IMG/VR virus record: IMGVR_UViG_3300043773_000356 | Location: 1,067-65,066 of that record | Strand: one strand, 5' to 3' | DNA: 64,000 nucleotides | Source of the DNA: a virus | Taxonomy: Duplodnaviria; Caudoviricetes | Shown here: positions 45,510 through 56,200 of the stretch, one piece after another | Numbering within the stretch: position 1 is the stretch's first letter | Layout: every line of letters starts with the position of its first letter | Position numbers and translations under genes: made by a program | Notes under the pieces: generated by a model | Databases searched by the model: none | What the model was told of the DNA's origin: nothing | Seen by the model: only the letters and a program-made list of their open reading frames with translations

Positions 45510-45920
45510 ATGAAAATGAGTAATGATGAGACTACTGTCCCCATCGATAAGCTAGTTCGCACCTACCGGCGTATCTACGAGAAGCGTCAAGAGCTTCGTA
45601 CCACATTTGAGGAAGAGGAAGGCAAGCTGAATTCCAAACTTGGCATGGTTAAATCGGCGCTGCTTCAGCACCTCAAAACAATTGGCGCAGACAGTGTGCG
45701 TACCCCCGAGGGTTTGATCTACCGCACATTGAAATCCACGTACTGGACAAACGATTGGGAGTCCATGAACGAGTTTATCCTTGAGCACCAAGCGCCGTGG
45801 CTGCTCGAAAAGCGCATCCACCAAGGGAACCTAAAAAAATTCTTGGAGGAAAACCCCGAAGTTCTGCCCCCCGGCTTGAACGTTGATAGTGAATACTCAG
45901 TCACCGTGAGGAAAAAATGA
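45510..45920 (+). CDS. Conserved phage protein
   Basis: Coiled coil, then SVRTPEG...DWES...LLEKRI...LPPGL. The start may be 45516. Confidence 0.7.
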   Translation: MKMSNDETTVPIDKLVRTYRRIYEKRQELRTTFEEEEGKLNSKLGMVKSALLQHLKTIGADSVRTPEGLIYRTLKSTYWTNDWESMNEFILEHQAPWLLEKRIHQGNLKKFLEENPEVLPPGLNVDSEYSVTVRKK

Positions 45921-46156
45921 CCGAAACAGCTTTAGAACCCTATGTTTCATTGGAAGATGTGGCAAAGTATTTTGCTGTGTCAGCATCCACAGTTCGCATT
46001 TGGACGAGAAAAAACAAAGTGCCACACATTCGTGCAGGAGGTGTATTTCGTTATAAGTTATCTGAAGTAGAGAAGTCGTTACGTGAGGCTGACAAGAAGC
46101 CTGAAGTAGATCCCCGTCAGATGTCGTTTAATTTCGACCCTGATTCTGATGTTTAA
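45917..46156 (+). CDS. Excisionase/MerR-like HTH protein
   Basis: VSLEDVAKYFAVSASTVRIW...VPHIRAGGVFRYKLSEV. Confidence 0.8.
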   Translation: MTETALEPYVSLEDVAKYFAVSASTVRIWTRKNKVPHIRAGGVFRYKLSEVEKSLREADKKPEVDPRQMSFNFDPDSDV

Positions 46157-46170
46157 CCTTGGAGAAACAG

Positions 46171-47025
46171 ATGAGTGAAGTAGCATTGTTCAAAGGCGGT
46201 TTGCCTTCTTATTTAAAGAACGTTCAAGACGATACAACAAAAGCCCTTGCCGGGAGCGATGGGGGTGGTGCAAAGCGCATCTCCATCAAAGGCAGCGTGT
46301 TCCGTATGATGTCAGGTGGTAAAGAGGTTGCGGTTAACGAAGACCGCGCCATGAATATCATCATCATTAAAGCTGCGCCGAACGTCGCACGTACCTACTA
46401 TGGTGGCGTGTACGTTGAAGGTGAGATCACCGCACCTAAATGCTGGTCATCGAATGGCTTGAAACCTGATGCAGATGCCAACGAGCGCCAATCTGAGAGC
46501 TGTGCAAATTGCCCGCAGAATGCTAAAGGTTCTGGGCAGGGCGAAAGCCGTGCTTGCCGTTACTCGCAAAACTTGGCGGTTCTGTTGGAGAACGATACGC
46601 AGGGTGACATCTTCAGGCTTACGCTTCCTGCCACATCAATCTTTGGTGAAGGCGAAACCAACAAGATGCCATTGCAGCGTTACGCAAAACATCTTCAGGC
46701 GCACGGCGTCCCCGTCAGTGGTGTTGTTACTGAAATGCGTTTTGATACGGCAAGCCCCACGCCCAAGCTGATCTTCAAACCTGTGCGCCACGTATCAGAG
46801 CAAGAGTTCGACGTTATTAATGAGCGCAAAGACTCACCGGAAGCTGAAGCCGCTATCAAGCTTTCGTTGGGCAAAGCAGATACAGCGAAGAAACCCGCGC
46901 TGATTGCTGCACCTGTAGTAGCTGCTCCCGCAGTTGAACCCGAGGAGCCAAAGAAAGTAACTAAGAAACCTGCTGAAAATGCAACGGACTTGGCAGCTTT
47001 GGTAAACGAGTTTGACGACGAGTAA
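46171..47025 (+). CDS. Putative ssDNA-binding/annealing protein
   Basis: RISIKG..FR, PKCWS, CANCPQN..GS...ACR and an acidic C-terminus EFDDE; lies next to the primase. Confidence 0.6.
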   Translation: MSEVALFKGGLPSYLKNVQDDTTKALAGSDGGGAKRISIKGSVFRMMSGGKEVAVNEDRAMNIIIIKAAPNVARTYYGGVYVEGEITAPKCWSSNGLKPDADANERQSESCANCPQNAKGSGQGESRACRYSQNLAVLLENDTQGDIFRLTLPATSIFGEGETNKMPLQRYAKHLQAHGVPVSGVVTEMRFDTASPTPKLIFKPVRHVSEQEFDVINERKDSPEAEAAIKLSLGKADTAKKPALIAAPVVAAPAVEPEEPKKVTKKPAENATDLAALVNEFDDE

Positions 47026-47037
47026 TTTGTAGTCTAC

Positions 47038-47120
47038 GGGCGACTAGATCGACGGATCGAAAAGGCTCCGCGCCGCAGGGAGTCCTGTCGCCCTATCTTT
47101 TTTCTGCGGGGGAAGCGGCT
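47038..47120 (+). promoter_or_regulatory. Structured leader (3-way junction plus pseudoknot to RBS) of primase-helicase
   Basis: P1 GGGCGAC/GTCGCCC, P2 GATC/GATC, P3 GGCTCC/GGAGTC. Loop CCGCAG (47073-78) is complementary to CTGCGG (47104-09). Confidence 0.5.
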
Positions 47121-49976
47121 ATGGACACAAAAACATTCTTGGAAACAGTCCTTGCACGGAGGGGTTTCTTTTGCAGCTTCTCAGCAAAAGGGATAAAGGC
47201 AAGGGATGGTAAAAAACAAACTTTCTTGGATACTGTTGATGAGCTTATAACTTATACAGCCAAACTCAGTGATGATGGATGGGATACTTACTTTGCATTA
47301 GGCCGGTTCCCCGACAAAGGCTCGCGTGAAGCAGATGCCCACCCTTGGATGCGTAGTCTGTTTATGGATGTTGACTGCGGACCCACTAAGCCATACCCTG
47401 ACCAACAGCAAGGTGCAGTAGCCCTAAGAAAATTTATAACAGATGCAGGTCTGCCTAAACCTATCCTAGTGAGTTCGGGCCGGGGCATCCATGCGTATTG
47501 GCCTTTTGCTGAGGAAGTTGAGCGGGATACTTGGCAACCTGTAGCCAATAAACTTCTTAGTCTAACCAGACTTCACGGGTTTAGCGTTGACCCATCGATC
47601 ACTGCCAATGCAGCGTCGGTGTTACGAGTTCCCGGCACCAACCATTACAAAGATGACCCACCGAAAACGGTAAAGATTTTTTATATTCCTGATTACGTCA
47701 CTGCCGGTAACCTGCCTCAGTTTGATGAGTTACGAGAGATGATCGGGGAAGAGCAGGTGCGCCCAAAGATGACGCGCACTGCGGTGATGGACCCTGTTAC
47801 TCAAGCCTTGATCGGTAACTACAGAAACAGCTTCAAAATAATTTTACAGAAGTCGGCACAAGGTAAAGGTTGTGCTCAGCTTGCTCACATCATTGAACAT
47901 CAAGAGACAATGAGTGAACCCAAATGGCGAGCCGCGTTATCAATTGCAGTACATACCATAGAAGCTGAGAAAGCAATTCATATGGTGTCACGTCGGCACC
48001 CTGAATATGACCCTATAGAAACTGAAGACAAGGCATACCGTATCAAGGGACCGTTTTTGTGTGAGACCTTCGAGAAAGAGAACCCCGGATTCTGCGAAGG
48101 GTGCATACACAAAGGTAAGATCAAGTCCCCCATCAGCATCGGGCGTATTGTGCAAGAAGCTACTGCCGAAGATAACGTTATCACTGTCCCGCCATCCACT
48201 GCATCGGTCTCGGTGTTGCCAACTACGTATCACATACCCCCATACCCTAAGCCTTACTTTAGGGGGAGAAGCGGTGGGGTGTTTAAGCGAGTAATAAAAG
48301 ATGGGGAGACACTTGAAGTCCCTGTCTATCATAACGATATATATGTCATACGCAGATTGCATGACAAGGATTCAGGAGACACATTGATTGTGCGTCTGCA
48401 TTTACCCCAAGATGGGGTTCGTGATTTTGCAATACCTACATCAAACGTTACTTCACGCGAGGAGCTACGCAAGACACTCGCGGCACGGGGCGTGTTGGTG
48501 CCAAAGATTAATGACCTTATGGATTACTTTATCAAGTGGTCCGATACGTTACAACTTTCAGAAAAGGCAGATAACGTGCGAAAACAATTTGGTTGGGTTG
48601 ATGACAAGCGCATGGATGCGTTTGTGGTTGGTACAAAAGTTATTTACGGTGATCGTGTGGAGTACAACCCACCGTCAACCAAGACAAACAAGATCATTGA
48701 CGAGTTTAGAGAAGAAGGTACGCTTGATGGTTGGATTGAAACCATGAAGTTTTACGAACAACCCAAGATGCAAATGCACCAATTCGTAATCGGTCTTGGC
48801 TTTGGTGGGTTTCTCTTCCCCTTCGTTAAACCTCTGTACGGTGCGGTGTTTCACATTTATAGCGAAGAGTCGGGGCTAGGTAAGACGACTAGTGCAATCG
48901 GCATGGCAAGTATCTGGGGCAACCCGGAAGAAATTGTGCTCAAAGAAAACGACACAATGGCAAGCCGTTACCTACGCATGGAAGTGCACAAAAACATCCC
49001 CATCGTGTTTGATGAAATTACAGACGCAAAACCGGAAGAGCTAGGGGCAATGGCTTACTCGGTCCCGATGGGTAAGCAGCGTAACCGCATGGGACCACAA
49101 GGTAATGTTGAGCGGGAGCGTGGTGATACATGGGGGTTGCCTGTCATTACAACAGGTAACGTCAGTTGGCATGAGCGGTTGAGTATTGCGAAGGCACGAC
49201 CCTCGGCAGAAGCACTGCGTGTGCTTGAAGTGCAAGCTGAAAGAGTTTTTGCAGAGAATGATGAAGCTAGCAAAGAGCTGACGGATAAACTGTCTCGCGA
49301 TCAGGTGAAAAACTTTGGTGTGGTTGCTGTACCGCTTGTGCAATACGCCATCAATAATATGGCTGCGCTACGTGAGTTGTTTACCCAAATTCAATTGCAG
49401 TTAGATAAGAGCGCGAAGCTTGCACAACCAGAGCGGTACTACTCAGTCTTGGGTGCCTTTGGAATCTTAGGTCTCATCATAGGACGAAAGTTGGGGTTCA
49501 TTAATTACAACGTAGAAGAAGTTTTTGAGTGGATCGTTGATAAAGTAAAAAATGCCAAGGGTTCTGTGCTGCGATATAAGACTGACCCTGAAGCTGTTAT
49601 CAATGACTACCTTGCTGCCAACTGGAACAACATCCTGCGTATCAAGAGCACTGAAGATGCGCGTAACCTTCCTGACTCTTTAGAGCATCTAGTCATACCA
49701 GACAGCACCCCCCGCATTTCGTTAATTGCACGGTATGAGTACGACAAGAAAGAGCTGTTCTTGATGATCGAGCCGTTTAAAGATTGGTGCGTCAAACGGC
49801 AAATAAACTTTGAAAACCTAATTAACAACTTGCGCCGAGGCAAGTCGAAGGCACAGTACGTATCAAAGCGCATGGGTAAAGGCACTCGCATGAACCTGCC
49901 ATCGATCAGGGTACTATACTTAGACGCGTCGGGGTGGATACATGAAGAAACCGAAACCCCTACAGCCGTATCATAG
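47121..49976 (+). CDS. Primase-helicase (AEP/RepB-like primase, DUF927-like and P-loop helicase)
   Basis: FMDVDCG, SSGRGIHAYW, LRVPGT, a Cys cluster, FGW, Walker A SGLGKTT and VFDE. Confidence 0.85.
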   Translation: MDTKTFLETVLARRGFFCSFSAKGIKARDGKKQTFLDTVDELITYTAKLSDDGWDTYFALGRFPDKGSREADAHPWMRSLFMDVDCGPTKPYPDQQQGAVALRKFITDAGLPKPILVSSGRGIHAYWPFAEEVERDTWQPVANKLLSLTRLHGFSVDPSITANAASVLRVPGTNHYKDDPPKTVKIFYIPDYVTAGNLPQFDELREMIGEEQVRPKMTRTAVMDPVTQALIGNYRNSFKIILQKSAQGKGCAQLAHIIEHQETMSEPKWRAALSIAVHTIEAEKAIHMVSRRHPEYDPIETEDKAYRIKGPFLCETFEKENPGFCEGCIHKGKIKSPISIGRIVQEATAEDNVITVPPSTASVSVLPTTYHIPPYPKPYFRGRSGGVFKRVIKDGETLEVPVYHNDIYVIRRLHDKDSGDTLIVRLHLPQDGVRDFAIPTSNVTSREELRKTLAARGVLVPKINDLMDYFIKWSDTLQLSEKADNVRKQFGWVDDKRMDAFVVGTKVIYGDRVEYNPPSTKTNKIIDEFREEGTLDGWIETMKFYEQPKMQMHQFVIGLGFGGFLFPFVKPLYGAVFHIYSEESGLGKTTSAIGMASIWGNPEEIVLKENDTMASRYLRMEVHKNIPIVFDEITDAKPEELGAMAYSVPMGKQRNRMGPQGNVERERGDTWGLPVITTGNVSWHERLSIAKARPSAEALRVLEVQAERVFAENDEASKELTDKLSRDQVKNFGVVAVPLVQYAINNMAALRELFTQIQLQLDKSAKLAQPERYYSVLGAFGILGLIIGRKLGFINYNVEEVFEWIVDKVKNAKGSVLRYKTDPEAVINDYLAANWNNILRIKSTEDARNLPDSLEHLVIPDSTPRISLIARYEYDKKELFLMIEPFKDWCVKRQINFENLINNLRRGKSKAQYVSKRMGKGTRMNLPSIRVLYLDASGWIHEETETPTAVS

Positions 49977-50196
49977 GACAGCCTATTACCTGAACACAAT
50001 TGATCCAGACGGGTTAATTATCTTTCTGGATCTGGACAACTTTGAAGTCGGCATGTCGATGTTCATTCCGGCACTGAACTTAGCCGAGGCAAAAAGACAG
50101 GTAAAGATGTTGGCGAAAGACAAGGATTGGAAGGTAGTCTTTGCCGACCGGATTGAGGGGAGTAGATTGGGGATACGCTTTTGGAGATTGCTGTGA
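49942..50196 (+). CDS. Hypothetical protein
   Basis: FEVGMSMFIP...GIRFWR; last gene of the + strand arm. Confidence 0.6.
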   Translation: MKKPKPLQPYHRTAYYLNTIDPDGLIIFLDLDNFEVGMSMFIPALNLAEAKRQVKMLAKDKDWKVVFADRIEGSRLGIRFWRLL

Positions 50197-50208
50197 TACT
50201 ATCCGCTG

Positions 50209-50271
50209 CGAGATGTCTCCTATCTCATTCTTCTCCAAGAATTTACCCCCGGCTGGTCCGGGGGATTTTTT
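50209..50271 (+). ncRNA. Candidate small RNA with two CUCC-loop hairpins and a terminator
   Basis: Extended -10 TG-A-TACTAT (50194-50202); GAGAT-gtctcct-ATCTC; ATTCTT-ctcc-AAGAAT; then the terminator. Confidence 0.5.
50246..50271 (+). terminator. Intrinsic terminator between convergent arms
   Basis: CCCCCGG-CTGGT-CCGGGGG-ATTTTTT. Confidence 0.85.
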
Positions 50272-53200
50272 CAGTCCTCTAGCTCCGCAGCATCTTTACG
50301 AAGCTCATCCTCAAGGGCACGACTGAACAGCACTCCGTGATACATACGCTCCGTTGACTTGGCGTGTTGCGCCAGCGAGCGTTGGATAGTTTTGTCCAAA
50401 CCATCCGGGAAAAGTCCCTTATGCTTATCACCTAATTTCTTTAGCTCTTCCTTGGCTTCTTGCATACCGTCGGCATCACCGACACGCGAAGCCACATAGT
50501 ATTTCCGCAGGTTGTTTGTTTTCTCTTCATTGACCCGACGGTCAATACCTTTCTCTCGTGCGTTTATTTCTAGTTGCTTGGTGAGATCGGCTGGTGCAAA
50601 CCCGAAGAATTGTCCGAGGACATTCCCTGCACTGACATCATCAACGATAGGATCACCCCGCACAGTTTTGGCAGTGCCTTCACTGAGGAATCGGGTGGCT
50701 TTCATCATATTGCCGAGCGACGTGGGTAGCATAGCTTCCACACCACGATACATCTCGCCCTCTTTCATCAGGTTGTAGCCACGCTCTAACTTACTTACGG
50801 AACCTACGACCGGACCGCCTAACATCTCAGCAGCGCGAACAAGTAACGTCTTATCCTGTTCGTTGAGTACATCCCGCACAATTAAATCATTGAAGCCCAT
50901 CCGTGCAGCGACATCGACGTTGAAGATATAGTTAAACGCACCTTTGTATGCAAGCTCGCCCATGTACTTGCGGGTCTGAATCTCAAGCGTGTCTTCCTTG
51001 TCGTCATCATCTGCAAGGGTAGCGGCATACACCATCGCAGCAAGACCAAAGAACGGTAGTCCCTGTACACCAGCAAAAAGTGCTGCCATACCATACAGAC
51101 CAGCGATCTGCATCTTTGCCTGATCTCGTACGTTCTTGTCTTGATGTCTTAATAATTCGTTCGCAGTTTTGAACAGCATGTAGTACATCGACACGCCGTA
51201 ACGCTTAAACATAAACACGACACGACCGATATTGCCTTGCGCGATACGAGGGGCAGCACCTGCGGAAGTACCACCGTTGGTAAGCTTGGTGGTATAGATT
51301 GCATAATTAGCAGCCTCTTCTTCTGCGGCTTTACCTGTACGTCCTTCTTTCTTTAGACGTGCAAGCTCCAACTCGTAGGCGGCTATCATCGAAACCTGAC
51401 GGTTCATCCGTTCGCCGTGGTGAAACATCGCACCTGTTACGGCGTTGACTTTGCCTGATACCGACGTGCCTTCGTTGGCCTCCAACGTATCGTAAAGCTG
51501 TGAACTGTTAAGCATCCCACGATCAGACGCCATCTCTGCAAGTGTCTTCAAATGCTTAAATTCTGCGGGGGTGTTGGGGTCATCAAAATTCAGGTTGCCC
51601 AAGTTAGGCATAGCCTTCATTTTGTACTTGGCTTTAACAGGTTTACCGTTCTCGTCAATGTAATCAACTTCACGCTCGGTGTTAAAACCTGTTTTAGCGT
51701 AAGTAGTGTAGGCACGCTGGATAGCTTGCCGTGCCTGATCGTATCCATATTTACCACCAAGAATAGGCAGTACAACCAACGGCACCTGGGATAAGTTAAT
51801 GATGGCTGACGAGAGGTTTAACCCCAAGGTCATGTTAAAGCCGAAACTTGTAAGCAGCCTAGACCAATCCGAAACTTGCGGGTCGGTAATCACTTTGACA
51901 CGCTTGCCAAGTTCTTCAAGGTACTCCTGCGCTAGTGCAGTCTTCTCAGGATCTTCTGCTTTCCCACGCTCGGACTTAACCGACTCAGCCATCTTCGCCA
52001 AAAGATCTTGCATCTTGGCACCGTAGCGCATGTTGGCAATCTGACGAGCAAGACTAAACGACTTCGTGCGTAACGCACCAATCGCATCTTCATCAAACCC
52101 AAGCCGATCTTCACGCGCTTGGAACGACTGAGCAAACGCAGTCTCAGGCAGTGAGTTTAAGAACAACCGCACGATTTCTTCTTCAGCATCCTTATAACGT
52201 TTGAGACTTTCGGCATCGCCTTTCGTGGGGCGGTTGATCTCAAGCGTTTTGATCACACCGTTAATAAACGATGTGCTTGGTGCACGGGAGAAAACTTTAA
52301 ACTGATCCAGATTTGAGAACTCCTCAAATTCCTTGAACCCTTTCTTACCTAACGCTTCTATAGCTTTGTTGCGCTCAAAGCGATTCTCATAGGCAGACAC
52401 ATAGTGCTCGCCTTTGGCATCAGCGTATGACAACCAGTAAGCACCTTTACGAGTGAGTGGGAAGTAAGGATCGATGCCACCCCGTGCTGTGATCTTCGCC
52501 CAGATGTCTTTCTTAATAGAGTCGGCACGAGCTTTATCGGGGATCAGCGTGTTGATGCGGTCCTCAATACTGTCGAGCAATTCTTTATACAACCGACCGT
52601 AGGTATCCCGCATCTGCATGTAAAGCTGCTTACCTTCAGGGTCAAGTTTGTTAAACGCTTTATTGAGTGTGTCCCAAGCTTTGAGGGCTTCTGCATCACC
52701 TTTATAAGTGTCCCTCGCTTTAGTCGGATCGACTCGTGCGAGTGTGCTGCCGTAGATGACTTTGTTAAACAGCTTGGTCATCACCTCACCGTTTTTCTTA
52801 GACCACTTCTCGGCTGCGGCAATCAGAGGCTCAGTGTTTTTGAGCATCTTAAATTCATAACCACTGCGCTGATCTAATAACAAGTCAAGCTTCTTCACAC
52901 CGGGAAGGTACTTCTCGGCAACCTCAACAAACGCTTCAAGCGGAAGCGAAGACAGGATGGTGGAGCGAGCAAACTTAGGCAGAGTGCCTGATAAAAACTC
53001 ATTAACGGCGATAGCGATTTTAGACAGCGTAGTGTTTGGCCCCCTAGCTACAGCCTTCTCGGTCAAGCTGTCCAGATACTTTATAAAGAAGTTGGGGTTC
53101 GTAGTAGCTTGCATCATCAACCGCGCACCGTCCCGACTTGCAGGAGCAGGGGAGATGATCTGCGAAATCAGCTCATCGGCAACATCCATCGCAGACTTAA

Positions 53201-56200
53201 CTTCAAACGGTCGGGCTTCCATGCCCATCAAGCGGCGAACAAAGTTTGTAATAGTATTTACAAACCGACTCCACGCAGACACGGGTCTGCCATCTTTGAC
53301 GTTAATACGAATAGCGGCAAGTTGTGCTTGGAAGTCCGGGTTGGAGAAAGCTTCGGCAACAAACTCATCCAATGACTGCGTACCGTAAGCATCACCAAGC
53401 TGATCCTTTACTGCGTCAAACAATGACTGAAGTTGTTTGGTAACAGGGTGTGACTTGTTAGCCAGTATGTGTGATGTGGCAGCGTGAACTGCTTCGTGCA
53501 GGGCAACGTGGTTGTTAAGCCCGATCTCGCTATCCAAATAAATCGTATCAGTTTTAGGATCGTAATAACCAGCAGCGGGCCGTCCGTTTTCTTTCAACCC
53601 ATCAACAACTTTTACCTTAGTCTTCAGGTTACCAGCAAGCAGTGCGTTGGCAATCTTGCCAATCATCTCACCCTGTACAGCCATAAGGCGTAGCGCAGTC
53701 GGCAGATCACCGGAACGAAGCGCACCTTCCATCGCAGGGTGCAGTGGCTTGGTGAGTGGGGAGACTGCATCAGAGTTAAGGAAGTAATTGGCGCTGTCAG
53801 AATCAGTGGGAGTAGCAACAAACCCACCCGAAACACCTAATGGCTTAAGCCCACTAACTTTAACTTTAGAAAGACTTTCAATACGATTCTTAGCCCGTTC
53901 CATTTGAGCCAATACATCGTCAATCTCGGCATTAGTTACGTCAGCTTTACCCTTAGCTTTTGATTGTGCAACACGCTCTGCATCCAACGCATCTGATAAT
54001 AACTTTACAAACTTATCGGAAGTAGCCGCAGCGCGTCTTGTCGAAAGCATTTGGTCGGCAAGCTTACGTCTAACTGTATCGCTTAAATTATTTCTAACCC
54101 ACTGCACAGCCAACTTAGCGTTCTCCGCGTTCATGCCTTTGAGGAACTCACTTTCAATCGGGTGCGTGTCTTCTACAGATCTAGCTCGTGGGGTGTTATT
54201 GGCAATATCCCACGCCATCATGTACAAACCATCAACAAGCCGTTTCATCTTGTTGAAGTAGATTCGCGCAGCCGTGCCTGTTTCGGTTGTGGCATTCCGG
54301 CGTATTAACCTAACTCGCTCCTGATCATTTTCAGTGCCAACTTCTTTAGGCTCATACGCTAAGAAACCATCTTCAATGGTTTTAAGAAATACACCAAGCT
54401 CTTTCTCTGCTTCAGTGCGTTTCTGCCCACGCTCAGTTTTTACCTTGCTGAGTTGACCTTGTAGGGTGCGATCTTCGGTGGGTTCTCCAGTGGCTGGCTC
54501 TGCCACTTTTTTTCTTTCAGTAGTCTTTGCTGCTCCCTCTTCTTTTGCTTGCTGGGTTTCGGTGGGCGTAACGGCACTGGGGGTTTCCTTTTTGGGTTTG
54601 GTTTTTTCCTCGGGTTGTTTCTCTTCAGTTTTTTCTGGTGCTTTTTGTTCTTCCTTCACTGCACCCTGTGCTGGCTTCTCTCCTCGTACAGGTTGGTCAG
54701 TAGCTGGCTCAGCGCGTTCCACTCTAGCGTCGACAGATGGCTCAGCTCTTCCGGTGGGTACTCCTCTGTCGGGTCGGCCAGAAACTGGAACGCTCTCTCC
54801 ACTTGTTGTAACGGTAGGTTCAGTAACATCTTGTGCCCCTTTCGTTGTTACTTTTGCTGCTTTTGAGGGTTTGCCAGTGGGAGTAAACATCTCCATCTGG
54901 CGTTTATCTTTTGTAGTAACAGGTTCTTCAGTTACAGTTTCTGACGGCTGTGCCTGCGAGCCTGGGGGCACCATTTCTAAATCAGGAATTGTTAACTGCC
55001 CCGTACGATCCCTAGCACGGCTTGGCTCAACAGCAAGCTCAACATCTCGTCTACCTTCAGGTTCTTTAGGTATACCCTCAAGCTCAACGTCACGCTTCTC
55101 GCCTTCTGCGGCTCTGCGCTTAAGCTCCTGTTTATAGGATCGCAAGAAAAACTGCTCAGCAGGAGTGACAGATTCACCTGCTTGCATACGGGCTTCAATA
55201 TCATCAGCACGTTGCTTGGCAAGTTGCGTAGTGAAGAACTCTTGCTGGAGGGGTGTAAGTTCACCTTCGGTGATCGGTGCCTGTTCACGCTGTCCGGTCC
55301 GTTCGGCTCGCTTCGGCTCCACAGGGGGTGTGCCCATCTCAATAGGCAGGTACAACGATTGTTGATCTGTGAGCGGCAAGCTCGACAACATAGCGTCTGC
55401 GGCTTTGGCTTTATCTTGTGCAGCTTGTGAACGACTTGGGTTTTCCGCACGTTCCCGCAAGAAAGCCCGAAACTCAGACATGGTGTCGGGGTCGGCAAGA
55501 TCTCTACCTACAAACTGCTTATACGGTGCCGAGCCTCTACCCACACCAGCTTCGGCTAAGAATGATTGGGTAATTGGGATCGAAGTAATTTCTGGGATGG
55601 GAGTTGCCTCTGTCCGACCTCCGGGGGTTTCCGGGAAAAGCTCACGTTGACCTAACCGCTGCGGTGCATACTTTTCTTGGAACTGTCGCTCTTCATCTGC
55701 GGCTGCGGTTTGTTTTTTGCTTAGTTCATAAAGCGCAACATCCCGTGGGGTAAACAGCACCGTACCATCTTCTGTAATGATAGGGCTAAACTGTTTGAAT
55801 TCGGGTTTAGGAAGTTGTAGTGGTGCTGCGGGTGTGGGCGGTTCTTCTTGTTCAACACGACCTTCAAATCTAGGAACGGGCAACGCCTCACCTAGTGCAC
55901 GGGGTTCTTCTTTACGCCTACCGTACTTTTCTTCAAGTTCTTGCTCTTCTAATCGTTTCCGATAATCGTCAACTTCCTGTTGGGTAAATGCAAGTGTGCC
56001 GTCAGGGAAAACAACGGGTTGGAATTCACCTTGTGCGTACGACTTCTTTACACTAGCGTCATACCCCAACATCAAAATCTGTTCACGCTCTTCAGGGGTC
56101 TTAGCTGCCTCAAGACGACGTGCAATCTCTGCATCAATCTGTGCCTGATCAGCGCGTTTACCCCGAGCGGCTTCAACTGCTGCACCGGGAGCGCCAAACA

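Noticed and set aside
30509-46170. TTG starts given by the ORF track at 30509, 33106, 35703, 43904 and 46159
   Set aside because: Each TTG is part of the TTGGAGA ribosome-binding site; in-frame ATGs 9-12 nt downstream are the likely starts.
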